Below, in pieces: positions 18,288 to 27,548 of a stretch of DNA of 64,000 nucleotides. The first letter of the stretch is position 1. Each line of letters begins with the position of its first letter. The stretch comes from an uncultured Acidobacteriota bacterium. GTDB taxonomy: Bacteria; Acidobacteriota; Vicinamibacteria; Vicinamibacterales; UBA8438. The DNA lies in NCBI GenBank assembly GCA_913043225.1, contig CAJWLU010000001.1, positions 64,001-128,000 of the forward strand, written 5' to 3'. Under the pieces are notes generated by a model. The model searched no databases. It saw only the letters and a program-made list of their open reading frames with translations, and was not told where the DNA came from. Position numbers and translations under genes: made by a program.

Positions 18288-20012
18288 CTAGTCAGGTAGG
18301 GCGAAGACAAAGATTCCGTTTCCACCGACCGGACGCTTCGCCTCCGGGGTCAGATCGGCCGGCAGCATGCCTCCCCAGCTCGCGCCGCCCGCTCCGGTTG
18401 GCACCGCCAGATACTGCTTGCCGTCGACGGCGTAGGTAATCGGAAAGCCCTGGATCGACGTGGGCAGACGCGTCTCCCACAGCGTCTCGCCGGTCTCGGC
18501 GGAGAAGGCGTACATCTGCCGGTCCCAACTGCCCGCGAACGCGAGCCCACCGTCGGTAGTCAAGGCGGCACTGTTGATCGGCGTGCGAAATCGACGGCGC
18601 CACTGCACCTCTCCGGTCCGCATGTTCATCGCCAGAAACTCGCCCAGCTGCTCGTCGCTGTCGGGGTGGTGGTGGTTCGTTCGACGAACCGGACCAGTGC
18701 CTCCGCCGCCAGCGACCCGGTCTACCGGGCCGAAGATGGCTGTCTCGCAGTTGAGGTTGATCGGGATAAAGAAGGTCTCCATCTCCGGGTAGTAGGACAT
18801 GGCGCGCCAGCTCTTGAAGCCGGCAGTGCTCGGGCACCAGTAGATTTCCTCACCGATGACCGGAATGGTGCCGTTGCGGTAGGTCACCTCACCGGAGGTC
18901 TGATCGATGTCGGCCACCGTCTGGTAGCCCAGATCGTGGGCACTCCTGAACCGTCCGGTGTTGAGTCCCATCTCCCAGAGCACGCCGATCTTGCCCATGG
19001 TGAATACCGACCGGCGATCGTCATACTCGACGATGATCCGCTCAAAGACCTCGTCCATGTCCAGCGTCTCACCAGGCAAATGCTGGTAGTACCACTTCAT
19101 CTCGCCGGTATCGGGATCGAGCGCTAGGGTCGAGTTCGTGTAGAGGGCATCGCCATCGGTGCCGCGAACCGCGCGCGCCCAGGGCTTGGCCTGCGAGGTG
19201 CCGTGGAACAGCGTCCTGGTCACCGGGTCGTAGCTGCCCGGAATCCAGGAATCGCTGCCGGCTCTGAACATCGGCGGCAGGTCGCCCCAGGTGTCGCCAC
19301 CGCGCTGACCAGGTAGCGCAACAGTGGAGGTCCGCCACAGCTCCTCTCCGGTCGCCGCGTCGAGCCCGACGATGAAGCAACTCTCCTCCCGGTAGCGGCC
19401 GCAACCGGTTAACCCTGCTACGACTCGGCCGTCGGCGATGATCGACCCGCTAGAAAACTGATAGCCGACGTCCTGATTGATGTCCGAGTCCCAGACTTCC
19501 TCGCCGGTCCTGGCATCAATCGCAACGATATGGGCATCCGCGGTGTTGAGGTAGATCTTGTCCTCCCACATCGCGATGTTCCGGGTCATCCGCCCGGCTG
19601 GCGGCCCGCCGAAGCTGCTCCCGGGCGCCTCGGCGCCTCGCTCGTACTCCCAGATAAGCTCCCCAGTGACAGCGTCGAGCGCATGCACGATTTCGCCCGG
19701 ATTGGCGACGAACATCACGCCGTCCCTCACGAGCGGCGTCGTCTGCTGCGGGCCGGGCCTGAGCGCCCAGCTCCACTCGAGCCGCAGGTCACCCACATTG
19801 TCCGTGGTGATCTCGTCGAGCGGGCTGTGGGCCTGACCATTGAGCGTCCGGCGCCAGTTAAGCCAGTCCTCGGCCGGCGGATCTTGGAGAACGGCGTCGG
19901 TGACCGGCGTCCAGTTCTCGACCTGGGCAGCGGCGGGCGACACCAGGATGGTAAAGATGGCAAGGGTCGACACGGCGATACGGCTAGTCATCTGGTGCTC
20001 CTGCGACGTCAT
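18288..20012 (-). CDS. PQQ-dependent dehydrogenase (alcohol dehydrogenase-like)
   Basis: DWLNWRR, SPLDEITTDNVGDL, TTPLVRDGVMF, PITYAVDGKQYLAV; signal peptide. Confidence 0.85.
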   Translation of the reverse strand: MTSQEHQMTSRIAVSTLAIFTILVSPAAAQVENWTPVTDAVLQDPPAEDWLNWRRTLNGQAHSPLDEITTDNVGDLRLEWSWALRPGPQQTTPLVRDGVMFVANPGEIVHALDAVTGELIWEYERGAEAPGSSFGGPPAGRMTRNIAMWEDKIYLNTADAHIVAIDARTGEEVWDSDINQDVGYQFSSGSIIADGRVVAGLTGCGRYREESCFIVGLDAATGEELWRTSTVALPGQRGGDTWGDLPPMFRAGSDSWIPGSYDPVTRTLFHGTSQAKPWARAVRGTDGDALYTNSTLALDPDTGEMKWYYQHLPGETLDMDEVFERIIVEYDDRRSVFTMGKIGVLWEMGLNTGRFRSAHDLGYQTVADIDQTSGEVTYRNGTIPVIGEEIYWCPSTAGFKSWRAMSYYPEMETFFIPINLNCETAIFGPVDRVAGGGGTGPVRRTNHHHPDSDEQLGEFLAMNMRTGEVQWRRRFRTPINSAALTTDGGLAFAGSWDRQMYAFSAETGETLWETRLPTSIQGFPITYAVDGKQYLAVPTGAGGASWGGMLPADLTPEAKRPVGGNGIFVFALPD

Positions 20013-20127
20013 ATGCGCGACAACTGTAGTTCAGCAATCGCCGGGACGCCAGTGTTCGGACGTTCGCGGTCCGGCTGGGGGGCTTGTCAGCAACCCGCCC
20101 TCGGCCTACCATCTCTTGGGATATTCC

Positions 20128-23100
20128 ATGCAGATGTGCCTACTTCGCTCGATGTGCATCGGGCTCGTGTTTGGCCTGCCCGCGCTCGCGCTGGCGCAGA
20201 CGGCCAACCGGGTCGAATTCAACAAGGACGTTCGGCCCATCCTGTCGGAGGGCTGTTTCAACTGCCACGGACCGAACGAGGCCTCCCGCCAGGCAGGGCT
20301 CCGGTTCGACGTGCCAGAGGGTCCGACGAGCGACCGAGGACGCTACGGCGGACCGGTAATCATTCCAGGCGACGCGGACGAGAGCCTGCTCCTCCACCGA
20401 GTCACCGAAGAGAACGAGCGAGCTCGGATGCCCCGAGGCCGCGCCGCCCTCCGTCCTGAACAGATCGACACGCTACGACGCTGGATCGACCAGGGCGCCG
20501 AGTACCAGGACCACTGGGCCTTCATTCCGCCCGAGCGCTCACCAGCACCGAGCGTGGGAGCCGCTGAATGGCCGCGCAACCCGATCGACCGGTTCATCCT
20601 GGCGAGACTCGAAGACGAGGGCCTCACCCCCTCAGACGAGGCCGACCGCGCCACGCTGCTCAGACGCGTGACGCTGGATCTGACCGGCGTACCGCCCACC
20701 CCGACCGAGCTGGCCGACTTCCTGAACGATGACTCCGCCGACGCCTACGAGTCGGTCGTCGACCGGCTACTGGCCTCACCCCGCTACGGGGAACGAATGG
20801 CCACCGAATGGCTGGATGCGTCCCGCTACGCTGACACCAACGGGTATCAGACCGACGGCGAACGGGATATGTGGCGATGGCGAGACTGGGTGATCGGCGC
20901 CTACAACGAGAACATGCCGTTCGATCAGTTCACGATCGAGCAGCTGGCCGGCGACATGCTGCCCGACGCCACCATCGACCAGCGGGTAGCGACCGCCTTC
21001 AACCGCAATCACAGCCTGAACAGTGAGGGCGGCATCGTTCCCGAGGAGTTCCTAGCCGAGTACGCGGTGGACCGGGTCTCGACCACCGGCACCGTCTGGA
21101 TGGGGCTAACGCTCGGGTGTGCCCGATGCCACGACCACAAGTTCGACCCAATCAGCCAGAAGGAGTTCTACGAGGTCCTGGCCAACTTCAACAACATCCC
21201 CGAGCGCGGCAAGGGCTTCAAGTACCAGAACTCGCCGCCGCTGGTCACCGCTCCAACCCACGAACAGCAGGCGGAGATCGACGTGCTCGACGATCAGCTC
21301 GCTGACGCGCGGTCCACCCTCGCGGCGCTCGACGACCAGGCGGCCACCGCCCAGGAAGCGTGGGAAGCCGCGCTGGCCGAGGCTGGTGGGGTCGACTGGA
21401 CTCTACGCGACGGCCTGGTCGTGCACCACGGGTTCGAAGGGGACGTTGCCGGTACCCAGACGACCGATCAGGTGCCCGCGATCCTCGAGGATGGCCTGCC
21501 GAGTTTCGTGGAGGGACGGCTTGGTCGAGCGCTAGCCTTCGACGGCGCCCGCTTCGTGAACGCCGGGCTCAGCCCTGACCTCACCTATACCGACGCCTTC
21601 AGCTTCGCGGCCTGGATCAAGCCGGACGCCGCCGACGGTGTGGTGCTCTCCCGCGCCGGTAGCGGCGATCAGGGGGAGGTCGGCTGGGGCCTTTACCTCG
21701 AAGAGGGCAAACTGCGGTTCAACATGTCCACCCGGGTGCTCGACGACGGCGTCGCCGCCGAAACCGTCGAGCCGGTACGGCTAGGCGAATGGCAACACGT
21801 CGTGGTGGCCTACGATGCTTCGCTGACGCCCGAGGGCGTCAGGATCTACATCGACGGACAGGTACAGGCGCAGACCGGGCTGAACGATCTGGTTGGGAAC
21901 CGACTGCGGGTCCGCGGATTCCCGCTGCGCATCGGTGCCAGCGGCTCGGACAAGCCGCGGTTCCGTGGCGTTATCGACGAGGTCCGCATCTATCGAGGCG
22001 CGCTGAGTCCGGCCGAAGCGGCGGTGGCGGCGGAGGTCACCTCCCTGAGTGCCATCGTCGCCATCCCGACCGCACAACGTTCCGAGGCTCAGGCCGACAA
22101 GCTCCGGATGGCCTTCCTGGACCAGTATGCGCCGGCCGAGATCCAGGACGCGATGCGCGAGGTTAGGAACCTTGAACGGCAGCGAAACGAGCTCTGGGCC
22201 AGCTTCCCCACCGTGATGGTGATGGAGGAGAACGCGGTCCGCACGCCCACCTACCTGCTCAACCGTGGCGCCTACGACCTGCCGGGTGAGGAAGTCTTCC
22301 CCGGCGTCCCGAGCGTACTGCCGCCACTGCCCGATGGCGCCGACGCCAACCGGCTGTCGTTCGCCCGCTGGCTGGTTGATCCGGCCCACCCGCTAACCGC
22401 CCGGGTCACCGTAAACCGGTTCTGGCAGATGTACTTCGGCAGCGGACTGGTCAAGACGGCCGAAAACTTTGGGACCCAGGGCGAGTATCCCAGTCATCCC
22501 GAGCTGCTCGACTGGCTGGCGACCCAGTTCGTCGACTCGGGCTGGAACGTGAAGTCGCTCCAGCGCGCCATCGTGACCAGCGCCGCCTACCGCCAGTCAT
22601 CGAAGATGAGCGCGGAGGAGTTCGAACGCGACCCCGAGAACCGTCTCGTATCCCGCGGCCCCAGACTGCGCCTTCAGGCTCAGATGATCCGGGACCAAGC
22701 GCTGGCCATCTCCGGCCTCCTGATGGAGCGGGTCGGCGGCCCTTCGGTGAAACCGTATCAGCCGGAGGGACTCTGGGCCGACATGGTCGAGGGCGGCTAC
22801 GGCGACTATGAGCTGTCTGAAGGCGACGACATCTACCGCCGGAGCCTCTACACCTTCTGGAAACGCACGCTCGGTCCTCCGACGATGATGACGTTCGATT
22901 CATCGACGCGCGAGACGTGTATCGTGCGCACCGGGCGCACGAACACGCCGCTCCAAGCGCTGAACCTGATGAACGACGTGACCTACGTGGAGGCGGCGCG
23001 GCGGCTGGCCGAACGGATAATGCTGGAGGGAGGCGACTCGCCCGAGGATCGGATCGCCTACGCGTACCTGCTGGCCACCGCCCACCGTCCGCCGGCGCGC

Positions 23101-23292
23101 GCCCACGAGATCCTCGTGGCCGGCTTCCAGGAGCATTTCGCCGAATATGCGGCGAACAGAGAGGCAGCCCTGGCGCTGGTGACGCAGGGAGAGTCGACGC
23201 GGAACGAGACACTCGATGTCGCGGAGCTAGCCTCCTACACGATGGTCGCCAACCTGATCCTGAACTTCGACGGCACGATCACAAAGGAATAG
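20128..23292 (+). CDS. Planctomycete-type cytochrome c / DUF1549 / DUF1553 (PSD1) protein with LamG-like insert
   Basis: CFNCHG and CARCHDHKFDP heme motifs; NPIDRFI; HPLTARVTVNRFW; NTPLQAL; central LamG-like domain; start moved to ATG 20128. Confidence 0.88.
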   Translation: MQMCLLRSMCIGLVFGLPALALAQTANRVEFNKDVRPILSEGCFNCHGPNEASRQAGLRFDVPEGPTSDRGRYGGPVIIPGDADESLLLHRVTEENERARMPRGRAALRPEQIDTLRRWIDQGAEYQDHWAFIPPERSPAPSVGAAEWPRNPIDRFILARLEDEGLTPSDEADRATLLRRVTLDLTGVPPTPTELADFLNDDSADAYESVVDRLLASPRYGERMATEWLDASRYADTNGYQTDGERDMWRWRDWVIGAYNENMPFDQFTIEQLAGDMLPDATIDQRVATAFNRNHSLNSEGGIVPEEFLAEYAVDRVSTTGTVWMGLTLGCARCHDHKFDPISQKEFYEVLANFNNIPERGKGFKYQNSPPLVTAPTHEQQAEIDVLDDQLADARSTLAALDDQAATAQEAWEAALAEAGGVDWTLRDGLVVHHGFEGDVAGTQTTDQVPAILEDGLPSFVEGRLGRALAFDGARFVNAGLSPDLTYTDAFSFAAWIKPDAADGVVLSRAGSGDQGEVGWGLYLEEGKLRFNMSTRVLDDGVAAETVEPVRLGEWQHVVVAYDASLTPEGVRIYIDGQVQAQTGLNDLVGNRLRVRGFPLRIGASGSDKPRFRGVIDEVRIYRGALSPAEAAVAAEVTSLSAIVAIPTAQRSEAQADKLRMAFLDQYAPAEIQDAMREVRNLERQRNELWASFPTVMVMEENAVRTPTYLLNRGAYDLPGEEVFPGVPSVLPPLPDGADANRLSFARWLVDPAHPLTARVTVNRFWQMYFGSGLVKTAENFGTQGEYPSHPELLDWLATQFVDSGWNVKSLQRAIVTSAAYRQSSKMSAEEFERDPENRLVSRGPRLRLQAQMIRDQALAISGLLMERVGGPSVKPYQPEGLWADMVEGGYGDYELSEGDDIYRRSLYTFWKRTLGPPTMMTFDSSTRETCIVRTGRTNTPLQALNLMNDVTYVEAARRLAERIMLEGGDSPEDRIAYAYLLATAHRPPARAHEILVAGFQEHFAEYAANREAALALVTQGESTRNETLDVAELASYTMVANLILNFDGTITKE

Positions 23293-23295
23293 CTG

Positions 23296-24747
23296 ATGGA
23301 ATGGCCCTTTGAGCGCCTCCTGGCGCGTCGTCGTTTCCTCGAACTCGCGGGCACGGGTATCGGGTCAGCTGCGCTAGCGACCCTGTTCGGACAGGACCTG
23401 CTCGCGCGGCCGAGCGCACCGGCCGGCCTTGGCGCCTTGCCAGGCCTGCCGCACCATGCGCCCAAGGCGAAGCGGATCATCTATCTGTTCATGTCGGGCG
23501 CCCCGTCGCAACACGAGCTGTTTGACTACAAGCCGGCACTCACCGACATGGCGGGACAGGATCTGCCCCCGTCCGTTCGCGGCGACCAGCGCGTCACCGC
23601 CATGACCGCCGGACAGGACAGCTTTCCACTCGTGCCATCGAAGTTCCCGTTCGCCCGTCACGGACAGTCCGGGGCCTGGGTAAGCGAGCTGCTGCCCCAC
23701 ACGGCGAAGATCGCGGACGAGCTCTGCTTCATCAAGTCACTGCATACCGAGGCGATCAACCACGACCCCGGGATCACCTTTTTCCAGACCGGGGCACAAC
23801 TGGCCGGCCGACCGAGCATGGGGGCTTGGCTTTCCTACGGGCTCGGGTCGATGAACTCCGACCTGCCGACCTTCGTAGCCATTGTCTCGAAGGGCTCAGC
23901 CCAGACCGGGCAGCCGCTCTACGACCGATTGTGGGGCAGCGGATTCCTGCCGACGCGCTACCAAGGAGTGAAGTTCCTTTCGACGGGCGATCCGGTGCTG
24001 TATCTGTCCAACCCGCCCGGCGTCGACCAGGACACCAGACGCCGATTCCTGGATGACCTTGGCGCCCTCAACGAGTTAAAAGAAGAGGAGTTCGGCGATC
24101 CGGAGACAAGCACGCGCATCGCGCAATACGAGATGGCGTATCGGATGCAATCGTCGGTACCGGAGTTAACCGACCTGTCGGACGAACCGGACAGCACCTT
24201 CGAGCTCTACGGTGAAGACTCGCGGACGCCTGGGACCTTCGCTAGAAACTGCCTGCTCGCCCGTCGCTTGGCGGAGCGGGATGTACGCTTCGTGCAGTGT
24301 TTCCACCGCGGCTGGGACCAGCATACCCGCCTACCGCAAGGGATCTCCAGACAGGCCAAGGATGTCGACCAGGCGCAGGCAGCGCTCGTGATGGACCTCA
24401 AACAGCGCGGGCTACTGGACGACACCCTCGTGGTCTGGGGCGGCGAGTTCGGGCGGAGCGCCTATAGCCAGGGCATCATCACCGAAGAGACCTACGGCCG
24501 CGACCACCATCCGCGTGCATTCACCATCTGGATGGCCGGCGGAGGCGTGAAACCTGGTGTCACGCACGGAGAGACGGACGAGTTCTCTTACAACATCGTC
24601 CGGGACCCAGTGCACATCCACGACCTGCACGCAACGATGCTGCACCTGCTTGGTGTTGATCACACCAGGTTGACTTACCCGTTCCAGGGCCGGAATTTCC
24701 GGCTAACTGACGTTTCTGGCCGGGTAGTGCAGGACGTCCTGGCGTAA
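23296..24747 (+). CDS. DUF1501 domain protein (Tat-type signal)
   Basis: [34 protein letters not shown]; 3 nt after the PSD1 gene. Confidence 0.9.
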   Translation: MEWPFERLLARRRFLELAGTGIGSAALATLFGQDLLARPSAPAGLGALPGLPHHAPKAKRIIYLFMSGAPSQHELFDYKPALTDMAGQDLPPSVRGDQRVTAMTAGQDSFPLVPSKFPFARHGQSGAWVSELLPHTAKIADELCFIKSLHTEAINHDPGITFFQTGAQLAGRPSMGAWLSYGLGSMNSDLPTFVAIVSKGSAQTGQPLYDRLWGSGFLPTRYQGVKFLSTGDPVLYLSNPPGVDQDTRRRFLDDLGALNELKEEEFGDPETSTRIAQYEMAYRMQSSVPELTDLSDEPDSTFELYGEDSRTPGTFARNCLLARRLAERDVRFVQCFHRGWDQHTRLPQGISRQAKDVDQAQAALVMDLKQRGLLDDTLVVWGGEFGRSAYSQGIITEETYGRDHHPRAFTIWMAGGGVKPGVTHGETDEFSYNIVRDPVHIHDLHATMLHLLGVDHTRLTYPFQGRNFRLTDVSGRVVQDVLA

Positions 24748-24966
24748 CCTTCACTGCCCCCCTAGCCGCACGGACTCGCATACCGCGTCAGAGGTATGGC
24801 GTGAGCGGCCTGCACTCGGCAAGAGCGACTCGTCTTGGGCACGCCTGGAACTCCTCCAGGAATCGCATCGCCAACTCTGGCGGAGCGTCGGCACCTCCAC
24901 CAACCCATCCTCCTCGGTGCTTTCGTGAACCCTACGATCGCGGGACTGAACCGCCTCGGGCAGTAT

Positions 24967-25158
24967 TCAGGCCGCGCGATGCGCGATCCGCGAGGCGCAG
25001 GTGGACCCATTGCCTACGATCATCAACACACGCAGATACAGCCGGCGGTAACTCTCCGGCGAACACGGTCGTTCAACGGCCAACGCCTGGGCCACCGCAC
25101 GACGGAGGGCAGCGTCATCAATCTCAGCGATGCGGGTGAGAAACTCGTGCACGGTCAT
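24967..25158 (-). CDS. Small hypothetical protein (63 aa)
   Basis: GGAGG SD shortly before ATG 25158; helical-looking sequence in an otherwise empty gap. Confidence 0.45.
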   Translation of the reverse strand: MTVHEFLTRIAEIDDAALRRAVAQALAVERPCSPESYRRLYLRVLMIVGNGSTCASRIAHRAA

Positions 25159-25390
25159 AGCTTCCTCCGGTGGCGTAGGCCTCGTTCTTGTAGACCAGTA
25201 CCGGGCCCCGGATCTTCCCGGGACCTCCAGTGACAACGCAACCGTGTGACGGAACCGTCGCGGATGTATTGCGTGCAGGTGAAACGAGGTCGAGTGGGGC
25301 CGCGACTACCGCTGTCCGGCCGTAAGTTCCTCGGTCATGCGGGCGTCCAGGCCGCCAGCATCAGGACGACCCCTCCCGTTGACGCTCGCG

Positions 25391-27454
25391 TCACCGCCGG
25401 TCTCCTGGCAAGGCCAGCGCGATGAGCGACGGGGCCGCTCCCCCACCCACAGTGAGAGCGATGTATTGCGTGCCGTCCAGCATGTAAGTCATCGGGGTGC
25501 CGATAGCGCCCCCCGGCAGGTCGATCGAACTGACCGGCTCGCCGGTGGTCTTGTCATAAGCCACCAGCCGTGGCCCGTCGTCGGTACCACCCGCTGTCAA
25601 GGCGTGAACCAGCAGCGTCCGGGTCAACACCGGTCCGCTCCGACTGTCATCGCCTCCGAGTGGCGGCAGATTCAGATCACGGAGCCTTGGATGGTTACGG
25701 ATGCGATCGCCGTTGCCGAGCGGCGTCATCCACAAGTGATTTCCGCTATTCATGTCGATGGCCGTCATCCGCGAGTAGGGCGGCTTCCACAGCGGCAACC
25801 CCTGCGGCATAGTCGGCCGACGGTTAGGGTTCCCCGCCTGGATGAACGACGCCCGGCCGCGGGTCAAGATGTAGTCCAGGGTCGACGGCTCGCCAGGCTC
25901 GGGACGGCGAAACCGCATCACCGAATGCACGTTCCTCGACGGGACGTAAAGCACGCCCGTCTCCGGGTCCACCGCCGCGCCCGACCAGTTGGCGCCGCCG
26001 CCCGCGCTGGGCCGAAAGATGGTGCCCCGAAGTGAGAGCGGCGTATAGAGCGGCCCCAACCTGAACCCGTCGACCGCGTCGAGAGCCATCTGTCTTATCT
26101 CAGGTGTGAAGTCCACGAGATCATCGACGGTGGCACCCTGAGTGTCGAACGCCGCGGGACGGGTCGGGAACGGCTGTGTCGGAGACAGCACCTCCCCCTC
26201 GAGATCGGTCTCGGTGTTGACCTCGCGCTCCGTGATCGGCCAGACCGGCTCGCCGGTCACCCGATCGAACGCATAGATGAACGCCTGCTTGGTGACCTGA
26301 GCCACCATCTTTACGCGGCGGCCATCCACCGTGACATCGAGCATATTCGGAGCGGTTGGATTGTCGTAGTCCCAGACGCCGTGATGCACCATCTGGAAGT
26401 GCCACAACCGCTGCCCGGTCTCGATGTCGACCGCCACCAGACTCTCGGCAAACAGATTGTCGCCCGGCCGGTGCCCCCCGTAGTAATCGGAGGTTGGGGT
26501 GCTGGTCGGTAGGTACACGATCCCCAGCTCGGGGTCGGCGCTCATATTCGACCAAGTGTTGGCGTTACCCGAGTAGCGCCAGGATTCGTTGCCCCAGGTG
26601 TCGCTACCGAACTCGTCACCACTCTGCGGGATGTTGTGGAAATCCCAACGGTGGGCTCCGGTCCGCGCGTCGTAGGCACGCGAGAACCCGGGCGGCATTT
26701 CCTTGGTGATGCTGAAGTCGTTGATCGACGATCCGACGATGATGGTGTCACCAACTACCAATGGCGCCGACTGTGACGACAGAGGCAACAGGTTTAAGTT
26801 GTCCCGCTCTCCCCGCGTCGCGCGAGGCAACCCGTCGGTTAGATCCACTCGGCCATTGTCGCCGAAGTCTGCCGCGGGTAACCCGGTGGCAGCATCGACC
26901 GCCATGAGGAACCCGTCGCCGGTACCCCACACAATGCGCGCGTCTCCACCGTTTTCCCAGTACCCGACGCCGCGGTGCGCCCAAGGGGCCGGGGCCGGGG
27001 TCCCCGCCTCGTAGATGCGCGGGTCGTGTACCCAAAGCGTGCGACCAGTACGGGCATCGATAGCGGCCGCCTGATAGAGCGGGGTACTCAGATAGAGGAT
27101 GCCGTCGACCATCAGCGGAGTGGCCACGAAGCGCCCCGGACCTGGCCGCGTCACCCACAGATCCGGGTCGTCCGCCTCGAGCATCTCAAAGAGCGTGTCG
27201 GCGGACACGACGGTCGCACCGTGCGGACCTTCGTAGACTAGATGGGTGTCTGCGGTCTCCCAGCGCCAAGCCACTTCAAGGTCGGCAAAGTTGTCGGCCG
27301 TGATCTGGTCGAGGGGCGAGTACTTGCTGGCGTAGGTATCGGCAGCGTAGAACCGCCACTCACCGTCAGTGGCGCCAGGCTGGGCGGAAACGGTCGCCGA
27401 CAGGCACGTCACGAAGACACTGAAAGCCAGCCAGAATGACCTCGCGCACATCAC
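25391..27454 (-). CDS. PQQ-dependent dehydrogenase, glucose/quinate-type, without membrane domain
   Basis: KYSPLDQIT, YYGGHRPGDNLFAES, HHGVWDYD, GGANWSG, KPPYSR; signal peptide. Confidence 0.9.
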   Translation of the reverse strand: MMCARSFWLAFSVFVTCLSATVSAQPGATDGEWRFYAADTYASKYSPLDQITADNFADLEVAWRWETADTHLVYEGPHGATVVSADTLFEMLEADDPDLWVTRPGPGRFVATPLMVDGILYLSTPLYQAAAIDARTGRTLWVHDPRIYEAGTPAPAPWAHRGVGYWENGGDARIVWGTGDGFLMAVDAATGLPAADFGDNGRVDLTDGLPRATRGERDNLNLLPLSSQSAPLVVGDTIIVGSSINDFSITKEMPPGFSRAYDARTGAHRWDFHNIPQSGDEFGSDTWGNESWRYSGNANTWSNMSADPELGIVYLPTSTPTSDYYGGHRPGDNLFAESLVAVDIETGQRLWHFQMVHHGVWDYDNPTAPNMLDVTVDGRRVKMVAQVTKQAFIYAFDRVTGEPVWPITEREVNTETDLEGEVLSPTQPFPTRPAAFDTQGATVDDLVDFTPEIRQMALDAVDGFRLGPLYTPLSLRGTIFRPSAGGGANWSGAAVDPETGVLYVPSRNVHSVMRFRRPEPGEPSTLDYILTRGRASFIQAGNPNRRPTMPQGLPLWKPPYSRMTAIDMNSGNHLWMTPLGNGDRIRNHPRLRDLNLPPLGGDDSRSGPVLTRTLLVHALTAGGTDDGPRLVAYDKTTGEPVSSIDLPGGAIGTPMTYMLDGTQYIALTVGGGAAPSLIALALPGDRR

Positions 27455-27548
27455 CAGTATTTACGCTCCCGTGGAACTTGTTCGATCAGTCAAGTCTACG
27501 ACTTCGGTGGTCATCATGCCAGAATGACAGTCCTTCCAAGGAGGACAA

